A DNA stretch of 64,000 nt from a virus (Duplodnaviria; Caudoviricetes). This document shows positions 53,800-63,042 of the stretch, one piece after another (position 1 is the first letter of the stretch; the number at the start of each line of letters is the position of its first letter). The notes under the pieces were generated by a model. The model was not told the DNA's origin and searched no databases. It saw nothing but the letters and a program-made list of their open reading frames with translations. Location of the stretch: positions 30,304 through 94,303 of IMG/VR virus record IMGVR_UViG_3300031994_000047; one strand, written 5' to 3'. The translations under genes were made by a program, and so were the position numbers.

Positions 53800-55542
53800 T
53801 TAATATATATCATTAATAGTCATGCCACCACTTGATCCAAAATCATAAGCAGAAGTTAAAACTTTTTTTAAATCAAATCTTAAATTAACACGATCAATAT
53901 ATGTTTTACTTAATATTTGGAACCCTTCTTCTTTACCAACTTCAAGAACTCTTGCACCATATTGTGGTCCTTTCCAATCTTTATCTTTTGCCGCATCTTT
54001 TTCTTTTTCTAAAATTTTTGCTTTTTTATTTATTTCCGCAGAAAAAGTTACCTATAAACGGTTATATTGATTTTCATAATCTGCTAATTGTTTAATTATA
54101 TATTCTATTATTAAATAAGTAGGATATAAAATAATATTATCAATAACAAAAAAAGTGTTATTGCCTCCCGTAAATATAAAAGATCCATCAAATCTTTTAG
54201 ATAAGGTGAAGGCATCAAACCCCACAAAAAAACCTATATCTTCTGCAAGAATTCGATTTATAATTTCTCTTATACCCTATAGTTTGCTATTATATTGTTG
54301 CCCAGTACTTTTATTTACACCTTTTGCCTAAAGTCCCTTTTTTTTGCTTTGAGAAGCTCGCTTAGAAAACCATAATGTATTAGCTATTAGATAATCTAAT
54401 AATTTCTAGTCTTCTTTATTTATATAATTATATCTATAGTTTTGTAGTTTTTCTTTTAAAGACAAATACTAAATTTTATCGTGTAGTTTAATTGGCTAAA
54501 TAAAATTATCTGAATCGTCTTCTAATCTTTTTAAGAAGGTACTTGAATTTTTATCTTGCGCTCTAACTATAAAACCATTTTTATTCTATAATACCCAGTC
54601 AGAATGAGATTGTCCACTTTTTGAAGTTAGTGTCATGTCTTGAATTGAACGACCAAACTTTTCTCTTACCTACTTTATTAAATCAGCCTCGCTTTTTTTG
54701 CCCACATTTATAGCTTTAAAACTAAGCTAAATACCCTTATCTGTTTCAATAGCTTTCCAAAGAGCATCTTTAAAATCTTCACCAAGCCAACCCTAAATAT
54801 TTGAGCTATCTCGCAAAGAAACGGCATTATCCAATGCACGATAAAAGGGATTTTTTAAATTGGTTAAAAAATTCTTTTCTATGTCTTCAGCATAACCACC
54901 CTATGCTAAATTTTTCTTAAAATCATCTATAAAAGCACCCCATATTTTATCTTTATCTATCGGAGAAATTTTTTTTAAGATTTTTTTCACATCAGAATGA
55001 AAAGATTTAGATGGTGTAAAATAATGTCTTTCTTCTTGAAGTTGCTCATTAAAAACCTTTATTAATTTTTTATTAATATCCTACTAAGAATTATTACTTC
55101 TTTTATTAAAAATATATGAGACTAAATAGCTTGTAGCCTCATCAAAATTTGAACTATGCTCTATTTTCTCCAAGGTCTTTTTTGCAGTTTGAGTAATATT
55201 TTCTTTTATAAATTGAGAAATACTTTCTCCATTAAACTAAACCGCAGATAAAATAACATTTATAAAATCTGGATTTCTTATTACTTTTAAAGCCTCTTTT
55301 ATATAGTTATCAGGGTAAAACAACTCTTTAGAAACCTACTAATAAGTTTTTCCATCTAAAAATTTATCAGCTTCTGCTTTTAAATAATCTCTAATTTTTT
55401 CTAAATTATCTATCGCGTTTCCTAAATTCTAGGCGGTTGAAGAACCAACTCCTAGCTAGTGAGCAGCATCTAAACGAAAATTAAAGATATCGCTATGAAT
55501 ATATGGACGGTTTTGTTCCAAAAACTAATTACTTATTGCCAT
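53800..55542 (-). CDS. Large AT-rich hypothetical protein, about 580 aa (many TAG=Gln)
   Basis: ATG 55542 just after the phoH stop and TAA 53800 are in frame; invisible in the standard-code track; interior not fully checked. Confidence 0.6.
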
Positions 55543-55548
55543 AAGTTC

Positions 55549-56370
55549 TCACCCCAATAACTTCTCTGCTAATCGCGCGACCGGACCTCTTTCGCATTTC
55601 TCAAGTTCCACAAATCCGAACTCCTTCTCGCCACTTAGTCTCTCAACAATCCTCTCCAAACCTTGTGACTTCTCAAAAGCAGTCCTATCACGCTACACAA
55701 TATCACCATCAATCCAAATCTAAGAACCCTCATCCACTCTACACATTAGCATATACAAGTGCTCAAGTGTTAGATTCTCCGCTTCCATAACATAAACAAT
55801 AGAATTTCTAATACTGCGCCCGCGCGCAAAGCCAAGTGGCATTATCTCTAAATGTCCACTTCCAATTAACTATTCCAAACCATCATAGCCGCCGCAGTGG
55901 TCTGCGAAAGGCAGCACATAATTCAACATCTTTGCGTTTACATCACCAGGAAGCGCGCCAAGTGCATCGGTTTCTCTTACTTGGACATTATTTCGTACTA
56001 CACAAATTTTCTCGAATTTTCCTTTTTGTATCGCTTCAAGCGCGCCAACAACGCAACCGAGTGTTTTACCACTACCAGCGCGCCCCATAATCAACTTAAT
56101 CGGCACATCGTCCGCGCGCAACAAATCAATCATACATCTCTACTAAGGATTGCGCGGCTTCATTTCTCCACTAAAACTATTCTATAAAGTCTAAAACTTA
56201 ACAGGAATAAATTTAGAATCTTTTAATTTGAAGTAATCTTTTATTTCACCCTCGCTCTAAACTAAAAGATATTGATTTTCTTTAAAACCTTCAATCTAAA
56301 GTTCTCCTTTATATAAAAGGTCTAGGTCATCTGCGCCGAGTTCTTTTATGTCATATCCTTTGTAACTCAT
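55549..56370 (-). CDS. phoH: PhoH-family ATPase, 273 aa (TAG=Gln)
   Basis: KPRNP-QQ, GRAGSGKT, LGALPGD, RGRSI, EAENL, GDIV-Q-RD; TAGs fall on conserved Gln positions. Confidence 0.9.
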
Positions 56371-57017
56371 TTAGTATTCTATACCTCCTAAAAGAAAACA
56401 GAAATATCATCAACCCAATCAGTAATGACGCCTTTTTCTTTTAGTATATCACCTCGAAGATACCAGTCTTTTACGATATTTTGTTTGACTTCTTCTTCTG
56501 TAAAGAGAGTATGTTCAATATAGAACTTTTCCATTTTCTAGACCTAAATTTTATAATCATCCATCATAGCCTAAACTTCTGCAAAAGAACCGCCAACATT
56601 CTCGCATCCACCCTAATGGAAGATGAAATATGAACTATGAAGTGCAAATCTTTTATGACAAGCAAGATATATCATAGATGCCGCAGAAGCCACAAGTCCA
56701 AGCGCATATCCATAAACTGGAGTCTTTGAAACATTTATCATAGATACAACAGTTTCCTCTACATCCAACGATCCGCCTGGACTATTAAAAAATATACGGA
56801 TTGGCTTGCGCCCATTCTCTGGAAGCGCGCGGTCTTCTCTATTCCAATATATAATTTTAGATACAATATCTAATGTATCTCCATCTATTTCTTCGTTTAT
56901 CCAAATAACTCTATTTTTTAAGTCATCATAATACTACAAAAGAGTAGGGTCTGGTAATGCAAGTGAGGGGTCTATAGTTTCACTTACTAATAATTCTACA
57001 AAGTCCTTGTTATTCAT
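56367..57017 (-). CDS. clpP: ClpP-like protease, 216 aa (TAG=Gln)
   Basis: FNSPGG, ASAAS, FH-Q-G; the readthrough frame ends at TGA overlapping the phoH ATG. Confidence 0.85.
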
Positions 57018-57168
57018 TGATACACCTCCATAGACTTCTCTTATACATAAGTGAACTTTCGCGCCCATCTTTATACAAAAGAAAAGAGACTAAGTATCAC
57101 CCTTAGTCTCTAAAATCTTTATTCTACAATAAGGAGTTATTCGATCGTCTCCCAACCGATCAAATTAC

Positions 57169-57474
57169 TTACCAAAAGAAATTAAACAACGAATCAAAAA
57201 ATGCGTCTGAAATTGCGCCCTTGCCCGCGTAGGTTGCGTGGTAAGAGCCATAGTCTTCTACGAACTTTTCGATGAGTTCGTTCAGTTCCTTGCGCGCAGC
57301 CGCAACAGATTGAATCTTATCTTCAATCTCTTGCGCGCGAGCCTTTCGCTCAGAGAGTTTCTTCTCTTCTTCGATTTTCTTTTTCTTAGCTTTATCAAGG
57401 GCGAGAGTTTCAGCCTTCTCACACTCTTCAACTGTCTTATAAAATTCCTTTGTAACGTCAGAATAAATTCTCAT
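57169..57474 (-). CDS. Conserved phage coiled-coil protein, 101 aa
   Basis: MRIYSDVTKEFY..FVEDYGSYH; AGGAGG RBS. Confidence 0.75.
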   Translation of the reverse strand: MRIYSDVTKEFYKTVEECEKAETLALDKAKKKKIEEEKKLSERKARAQEIEDKIQSVAAARKELNELIEKFVEDYGSYHATYAGKGAISDAFFDSLFNFFW

Positions 57475-57540
57475 TATGAACCCTCCTATTGATTCTAAAT
57501 GATAAACAGAAACCGCGCTCTTCACACAAATAGAGCGCGG

Positions 57541-58220
57541 GAAAAGAGAAAGATTGTGATCTCTTTACTCGTTTTTCTTAACGACAAGGGCTACTTGCCT
57601 ATTCCTATTTCCGGACCACGGGTACTTTTACGCGTCATTTCACCGCTCACGCCGCCATAGGTGCGGGGTAGACTTTTAACTATTATAAGGGCGTCCCACT
57701 TATGCAAGTTAAAAATCTTATAGTTTCATCACTCCTGAAACTCAGTCCTCATAGGTTATGATCCTTTGAGTCTACTTGAAATCGTCCCACTCACGCTTGG
57801 GCGCGCCAGAACATTAGGACGAACTGGTGTCTACAACTTCACGCAATTACTACGCTAGATTTAAGGCTTCTAGATCCGTAACTGATATCTTTACATTCGA
57901 GAGTAGCACAATTACCACAAGACTCTCCCGCGCCCATGTCGTACGCGTCACGAGCAAGCTCTTAATTTAACTTCTTATAAAACCCGCGAGCGGCGCTCTT
58001 ACCAAGCCCCAATACGGAGAACTAAATTGTATAGTCTCTTAGTTCCAAGGACCACATTTCGCTAACGGGGAAATGCCAATAACGGAATTAACAACGCGAA
58101 TTCAACGGAGGAGTATTCTAACAGAAATACTCAAGCTGACGCCGCGAGTGCACTTACAGCGATTTAGGCTACTTTAGCGCTTCTTTGGAAGTATAATTTT
58201 GGACAACTAGGTCTCGCGCT
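57541..58220 (-). ncRNA. Large structured ncRNA candidate (GOLLD/ROOL-like, about 680 nt)
   Basis: ORF-free, GC-enriched, starts immediately after a tRNA CCA, many hairpins, AAGUAG loop-E-like motifs, GACUCA...UGAGU pairing; hairpin at 57513-57540. Confidence 0.55.
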
Positions 58221-58295
58221 TGGGGGCGAAGGAGGGAATCGAACCCCCGACCTCCGGATAATGAAACCGGCAAGCTACCACTGCTCCACTTCGCG
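58221..58295 (-). tRNA. tRNA-Met(CAT), initiator-like
   Basis: Cloverleaf, CAT anticodon, C1 mismatch, encoded CCA. Confidence 0.85.
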
Positions 58296-58388
58296 ATATA
58301 GAATTTGAAGCTCTCTTTCATTTTCTATAAATATTATACCAAAAATTTCAGAAAATTTCAAATTTTGGAAGCTCTCAAATTTTCAAAA

Positions 58389-58826
58389 TTACACTAAATC
58401 TTTTTCCGACACATCGTCGCCACATTCGCAACCAAAATATAGTGTAGTTTCTGCTGAACTTATTCCTTGAAGAAATTCGATATAAGATTTTGCATACTCT
58501 ACTTCTTTTCTTTCTTCAACAAGTTCTTCTATAAAATTTTGTGCTTCTTCGATAGCCGAAAGACGATCTTCAATAGAAGTTTCTTTCATATCAACAATGA
58601 GCTTTATACGGAGTTGCGCGCGATTTATCGAGTCATTATAGTTTTCGATCTCGATTTGAAGTTTGTCAGAAGCAGTGGAAAGCTTTTGATCCGAAAGTCG
58701 CATAATATGTTGCCAGGGAGCGTTTGACAAAGCTTCAGAAATTTTAGAACTGCCGCAGAAGCATCCAAGCTGGACAAATTCTGCGCCGCCTTGCTTGCGC
58801 GCAAAGATATGAGTATATTCAGACAT
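58389..58826 (-). CDS. Hypothetical coiled-coil protein, 145 aa
   Basis: Promoter, AAGGAG RBS. Confidence 0.7.
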   Translation of the reverse strand: MSEYTHIFARKQGGAEFVQLGCFCGSSKISEALSNAPWQHIMRLSDQKLSTASDKLQIEIENYNDSINRAQLRIKLIVDMKETSIEDRLSAIEEAQNFIEELVEERKEVEYAKSYIEFLQGISSAETTLYFGCECGDDVSEKDLV

Positions 58827-58892
58827 TTGAAAACTCCTTTCTTTTCTTTCTGTATATATTATAGCAGAAATTTTAAAAGATTTCAAATTTTG

Positions 58893-58971
58893 TGGTCTCG
58901 GAGGCGCCGCTCGAAGACGCAGTAATGTCCTGATCCCAAATCAGGCGGGGTCCCTCTTCCCCTACTCCGAG
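58893..58971 (-). tRNA. tRNA-Pro(TGG)
   Basis: CCTGA-TTTGGGA-TCAGG anticodon arm, CCA. Confidence 0.8.
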
Positions 58972-59077
58972 ATATATATTTATGAATAATAGGCTGTTCC
59001 TTATTCCATTTAACATTTATGTCTCTTCAAATTCATGTCGACGCTTACTTTTGAAGCCTTGCACCTATTATTCAATT

Positions 59078-59152
59078 TGGCGGCGGGCGACGGTGCCGCC
59101 CCGTCATCTTCGGTTTTAGAGACCGATGCATTTGCTGATATGCTAGCCCGCA
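59078..59152 (-). tRNA. Amber suppressor tRNA (anticodon CTA), probably Gln
   Basis: TCGGT-CTCTAAA-ACCGA anticodon arm; acceptor TGCGGGC/GCCCGCC-G-CCA (open first pair, G73); own promoter at about 59165-59208. Confidence 0.9.
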
Positions 59153-59207
59153 ATCTCTCTTAACTTTCTATATATATTATACAAAAATTTTTATAGATTT
59201 TCAAATT

Positions 59208-59447
59208 TTAATAATCTATAAAACGAGAAGGCTCTCTAATTCTTGTTTTAAGTTCATTCCAACTTAACTCAACAATTGCATCGTCTTCTTTGACCCCATC
59301 TTCTGCGGCAAGTCGAATAATGTCTTCGCTTAAAAATACCATTCCATCCCAGCCGTCAACTACATATTCGTGGAACGCAATTCCATAACCATAACGCTCC
59401 CAATCTCTTTGATAGAATCGAACTTGCACTGGATGATCGTAATACAT
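59208..59447 (-). CDS. Hypothetical protein, 79 aa
   Basis: GAGGAG RBS. Confidence 0.7.
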   Translation of the reverse strand: MYYDHPVQVRFYQRDWERYGYGIAFHEYVVDGWDGMVFLSEDIIRLAAEDGVKEDDAIVELSWNELKTRIREPSRFIDY

Positions 59448-59469
59448 CTTAAACTCCTCGTTTTATTTT

Positions 59470-59545
59470 TGGAGCCCCCGTCGGGGTATGATCCCGAATC
59501 AGTAGATTACAAATCTACCACACTCTCCATTTGTGCTACAGGGGC
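59470..59545 (-). tRNA. tRNA-Thr(TGT)
   Basis: GTAGA-TTTGTAA-TCTAC, CCA. Confidence 0.85.
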
Positions 59546-59553
59546 AAATATCC

Positions 59554-59786
59554 GAGACACTTTTTTTAAAGCAGGAATACCTGACAGTCGGCGAACTAAA
59601 GCCAAAAATTGCTGGAAGTGTCTCTACAACATTAAAATAACCAAGGCGCCTTTTGGTAGCAGAAATTAAAAGTTTCTTCCAATTAAAAATTGCTGTAGGC
59701 GCCTTTTCATTAATCATAAATCAAGACGGCTAAATTAAATTCAATATCGGCGAATTTTTTCTAAAGAAGATTGCTGAAACCGTCTT
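59554..59786 (-). ncRNA. Three tandem stem-CAGCAAU elements (59723-59786, 59643-59705, 59554-59624)
   Basis: AAGACGG/CCGTCTT, AAGGCGCCT/AGGCGCCTT and GAGACACTT/AAGTGTCTC stems, each 5' strand followed by CAGCAAT. Confidence 0.7.
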
Positions 59787-59793
59787 TTAAAAC

Positions 59794-61350
59794 TTAAAGT
59801 TCAGTTACGACCTTATCGTATCTTTCGTCCATTAAAGCCGTAAGCATAACATTTATAGGATCAATAGTTTCCTTCTTTTGGATCTTTCCATTTTCCATAG
59901 TGTACTCAACAGTAGTTCCATCAATTACAGACTTAAACAAAGAAGGAGAATATCCGCTAACCATAGCGCAATTTTCACCATTAACAGTTTCTTGGAACAT
60001 ACCCTTATCGCTAGCTCTTACATTCCAATAAACAATCGCAGGCATAGTATATCCATAAGACTCATACTTAGCGCGCATTTGGCGCATAAAAGTCAAACCA
60101 GAATTACGAGTCTTAGTCTTTGCATAACGATTAGAAAAATCGTAGTAATACTCAGTGGTTGCCGCATCGAACTGCATATCAGAAATAATATACAACTTCT
60201 TAGGCATATCCTTATCCTTAAGGTGCGCGCTAACTGCGGTTTGGAGAATCAAATCAAATACTGCTTCGAGGTTAGTATTTGAATCCCAATTAGCTCGCTC
60301 CATATTCTGAACCTTAGAGTAAATATCTGCGCCAATAATGGACTGAAGCTGAGGTCTCGCAGAGAAGGTAATGAAATGCCCCTTAAAAGGTCCACGGCAC
60401 TTATCTGCGCAATACATACCAAGAGAAAGAGCAACTTCGATAGGAGTTCCACTCATAGATCCAGAAGTATCTACAACGCAGATTCCAGTCTCTTCTCTTC
60501 CCTCAAGATAATTAGGCAAAGACTTCCACATCTTATCAAGCATTTCTCGTGACAAAGTATCCCCGCTAGGAAGTCGAAGCGCCTGATGTACAATATCTAC
60601 AGGGAAGAGCGCAGTTGCATTTATCTTTCCAGTAGTCAAATAGCGAGAATATCTATTATAATCGTGACGTGCGAAAGCCTTACGATAGTTAAGATGTGCC
60701 TTGCCAGGGACGGTATCATACTTAATATCTTGCCATCTGTTCTTGCTCATCTTCTGCTCTACAATATTGATATGAGATCTAAGAGCAGAAAGAATCTTAC
60801 GATACTGACGAGGAGTCATCTTCAGATTAATTCTTATATCGCGCGCAATAGCACGGGTTCTAGGAGATGAAGTATTCTCAGAAGGAAGCCACTTAGCAAG
60901 AAGAGAAATAGACTTTCCATTTCTCATACCAGTCAAATCCTCATCAATCTGAGTTGCAATAAACTTATAGATAGACTGACGAGTTCTAGGTGCAAACGCA
61001 TACAAAAGATCATCACTGCGACCATATTCCAAAAAGTTAGGAAGGTTTGCGATTACATAGCGAGGATGAAATTCTGCTAGCCACTTAGAAATAACGCGGA
61101 AAACTCTACGCATACCCTGACCACCGCGGCAGTCTCTAATATAAAACCAGAGACGAAGCGCGAGGTCCTTATTTTCTTCAAAAGCCTTCTCAAAAGTAAG
61201 AGTAATCTGAGAATCGGGCGCATCCTTCATCGCGCCGAGACTTCCAAATGCGTCTAATACCGCATTATTGGTTGACTTCAGCGCGCCCGCGCCATTTTCA
61301 GTCTCAGTAAAGTTAAATTCGTTCTTAAGATTCTTCAAAAATTCATTCAT
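59794..61350 (-). CDS. Ro60/TROVE-like (DUF2828-type) protein with a C-terminal vWA domain, 518 aa, no TAG
   Basis: TENGA, RDCRGGQGMR, AKWLPSE, YRKILS.LR, VVDTSGSM (MIDAS), ISDMQFD, YWNV, SGYSP. Confidence 0.8.
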   Translation of the reverse strand: MNEFLKNLKNEFNFTETENGAGALKSTNNAVLDAFGSLGAMKDAPDSQITLTFEKAFEENKDLALRLWFYIRDCRGGQGMRRVFRVISKWLAEFHPRYVIANLPNFLEYGRSDDLLYAFAPRTRQSIYKFIATQIDEDLTGMRNGKSISLLAKWLPSENTSSPRTRAIARDIRINLKMTPRQYRKILSALRSHINIVEQKMSKNRWQDIKYDTVPGKAHLNYRKAFARHDYNRYSRYLTTGKINATALFPVDIVHQALRLPSGDTLSREMLDKMWKSLPNYLEGREETGICVVDTSGSMSGTPIEVALSLGMYCADKCRGPFKGHFITFSARPQLQSIIGADIYSKVQNMERANWDSNTNLEAVFDLILQTAVSAHLKDKDMPKKLYIISDMQFDAATTEYYYDFSNRYAKTKTRNSGLTFMRQMRAKYESYGYTMPAIVYWNVRASDKGMFQETVNGENCAMVSGYSPSLFKSVIDGTTVEYTMENGKIQKKETIDPINVMLTALMDERYDKVVTEL

Positions 61351-61361
61351 TTTTAATACCT

Positions 61362-61419
61362 AGACTCTCAAAAATAATATCCAAATTATTATTATAAAAA
61401 ATAATTGCTGTAAGAGTCT
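61362..61419 (-). promoter_or_regulatory. stem-CAGCAAU element in the 5' UTR of the TROVE-like gene
   Basis: AGACTCT-TA-CAGCAAT...AGAGTCT ends 11 nt before the ATG; promoter at about 61445-61482. Confidence 0.7.
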
Positions 61420-61485
61420 TTTATCCTTTCCTTTTTTTCTTTCTGTAAATATTATAACATAAATTTTAAAAGATTTCAAATTTTC

Positions 61486-61596
61486 AAGACACTATTTAGT
61501 GCTCTACCAACTGAGCTAAAACACAACTTTGTGTCTATGGGATTCGAACCCATAACCCCTGCATTCTGAGTGCAAAGTAATTGCTGTAAGTGTCTT
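61486..61596 (-). ncRNA. stem-CAGCAAU element containing a circularly permuted tRNA module (Y-RNA/YrlA-like)
   Basis: AAGACACT..AGTGTCTT closing stem; inside are an anticodon-like hairpin, T-arm ATGGG-TTCGAAT-CCCAT, capped acceptor AGACACA-AAGT-TGTGTTT and D-arm GCTC-AGTTGGTA-GAGC. Confidence 0.75.
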
Positions 61597-61672
61597 TGGT
61601 AGCGGCAGGGAGGGTTGAACTCACCTTTTTAGCGTTGAAGGCGCTATGTACTAACCGTTATACGATGCCGCC
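61597..61672 (-). tRNA. tRNA-Glu(TTC)
   Basis: TAGCG-CCTTCAA-CGCTA, CCA. Confidence 0.85.
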
Positions 61673-62227
61673 AGATTGTTTATTTGATCGTCTTTTATTA
61701 TTACAAGATATACATCTTTTAGCATTTTTTGTAATTACTTTTCCACAATCAATACAATAGTTTAGCGTATGCTCTTTATGCTATTTATTTTTACCATTTG
61801 TTGTATCCAGCTAATAATTACAATTAGGACAAACCCAACGAAGATTTTCTAATCTATCATCAGTGTTTTTCCCATTAATATGGTCTAAAATTAAAGTTAG
61901 CTCTTTATTGTTCCAAAATGGCAACTAGCCACAAATTGAACATTTATATTCCGAATAATTTCCTTTATAATACCATTCTCTTAAAGTTTTCTGAGCAGCG
62001 GTTGAGTTTTCTATAAATATATTTTCAACAGAGCGTTTAGTTGGATTTGTGTTTGAAGTAAAATGAGAAATAGATAAATTTAAAGATTGAATCCGTAATT
62101 TCAAATTAGCTAAAGTTTTACCTGAAAAAGAGTTGTAACCCAACTAAAGCAAACAATTCTTATAGCTTGTACTTTCCTATACAATTCTAGCAAATTCTTC
62201 ATCAGAATACTAACTTAAAATAGACAT
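61658..62227 (-). CDS. HNH endonuclease, 189 aa (TAG=Gln), stop codon inside tRNA-Glu
   Basis: CSICG, LDHINGKNTDDRLENLRWVCPNCNY-Q-LDT, second Zn finger CIDC..CISC. Confidence 0.85.
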
Positions 62228-62239
62228 TAATATCTCCTT

Positions 62240-62266
62240 GTCACTCACCATTTAGACGATAGCGCC
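62240..62266 (-). pseudogene. 5' remnant of a tRNA-Glu-like gene
   Basis: GGCGCTATCGTCTAAATGGTGAGTGAC resembles the 5' third of tRNA-Glu (GGCGGCATCGTATAACGGTTAGTAC). Confidence 0.55.
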
Positions 62267-62273
62267 ATATAAG

Positions 62274-62349
62274 TGGTGGGAGTGGAGGGAATCGAACCCT
62301 CGCCCTACGGTTTAAAAGACCGTTACTCTACCAACTGAGTTACACTCCC
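62274..62349 (-). tRNA. tRNA-Lys(TTT)
   Basis: ACGGT-CTTTTAA-ACCGT, CCA. Confidence 0.92.
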
Positions 62350-62606
62350 ATAAGCCAATAAATAACATATAAGAGCCAGTATCCCGCGCGCAAGCATAAA
62401 TTTTCATCATCATTTAAATCTACATCTTTTGTATGAGATCTAAACAATCCAATCTCGTATAAGAAATTATGCGCGCACCATTCTGCGACATAACTCTCAA
62501 TAGAACGATTCTTTCCTAAAAGCCCTTTATCATAGAAATCTATGACTCGCGCGCGGATGTCAGCAATAGCAGTAGTTTTGTAACTGTCTTTTATGTGTAA
62601 GTTCAT
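62340..62606 (-). CDS. Hypothetical protein, 88 aa (stop inside tRNA-Lys)
   Basis: RS..SY..EWCAHNFLY..G..RSHTKDVDL. Confidence 0.65.
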   Translation of the reverse strand: MNLHIKDSYKTTAIADIRARVIDFYDKGLLGKNRSIESYVAEWCAHNFLYEIGLFRSHTKDVDLNDDENLCLRAGYWLLYVIYWLMGV

Positions 62607-62715
62607 TTTCTTTTAAGTTGTGTAAATGCAAGTATAAGTTGTACAAGACAAATTACACAAATCGCAAAAGAAAAATTTCCCATACACATTTCATTCCAAA
62701 TCGTTTCCCAAAACA

Positions 62716-63042
62716 TTATGACTTATACTTTTCGTTAAGAGTTTCATCTAGGACGCCGAGCGTAGCTTCAAGAGTTTCATATGCCTCATCGAGACTATTT
62801 TCTCTCTCATAGATTTTTCTATCAAGCCCATCATACTGCTCTTCAAGTTCAGAAAGAATCCTTGCGTGATGTTTAATGCGCGCCCTTGCAACTTTCACAT
62901 CGCAACGAGCTTGCGCGAGACGCTTTCCGTATTCAATATCGAAAGTGTCAAGAGGACTACATTTTGCGCGACCTTTGTATTCTTTGCCCGCGAAATGCGA
63001 AACACAAACGACTTCTTTCTTCCCAAAGTAAAACTTATACAT
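62716..63042 (-). CDS. Hypothetical protein, 108 aa
   Basis: G.AKCSPLDTFDIEYGKRLA.AR, a motif common in phage proteins; promoter, RBS. Confidence 0.75.
   Translation of the reverse strand: MYKFYFGKKEVVCVSHFAGKEYKGRAKCSPLDTFDIEYGKRLAQARCDVKVARARIKHHARILSELEEQYDGLDRKIYERENSLDEAYETLEATLGVLDETLNEKYKS

Noticed and set aside
59554-59786. Mini-CRISPR or rho-independent terminators
   Set aside because: Stem sequences vary while pairing is kept, loops are about 45-55 nt, and there are no U-tails.
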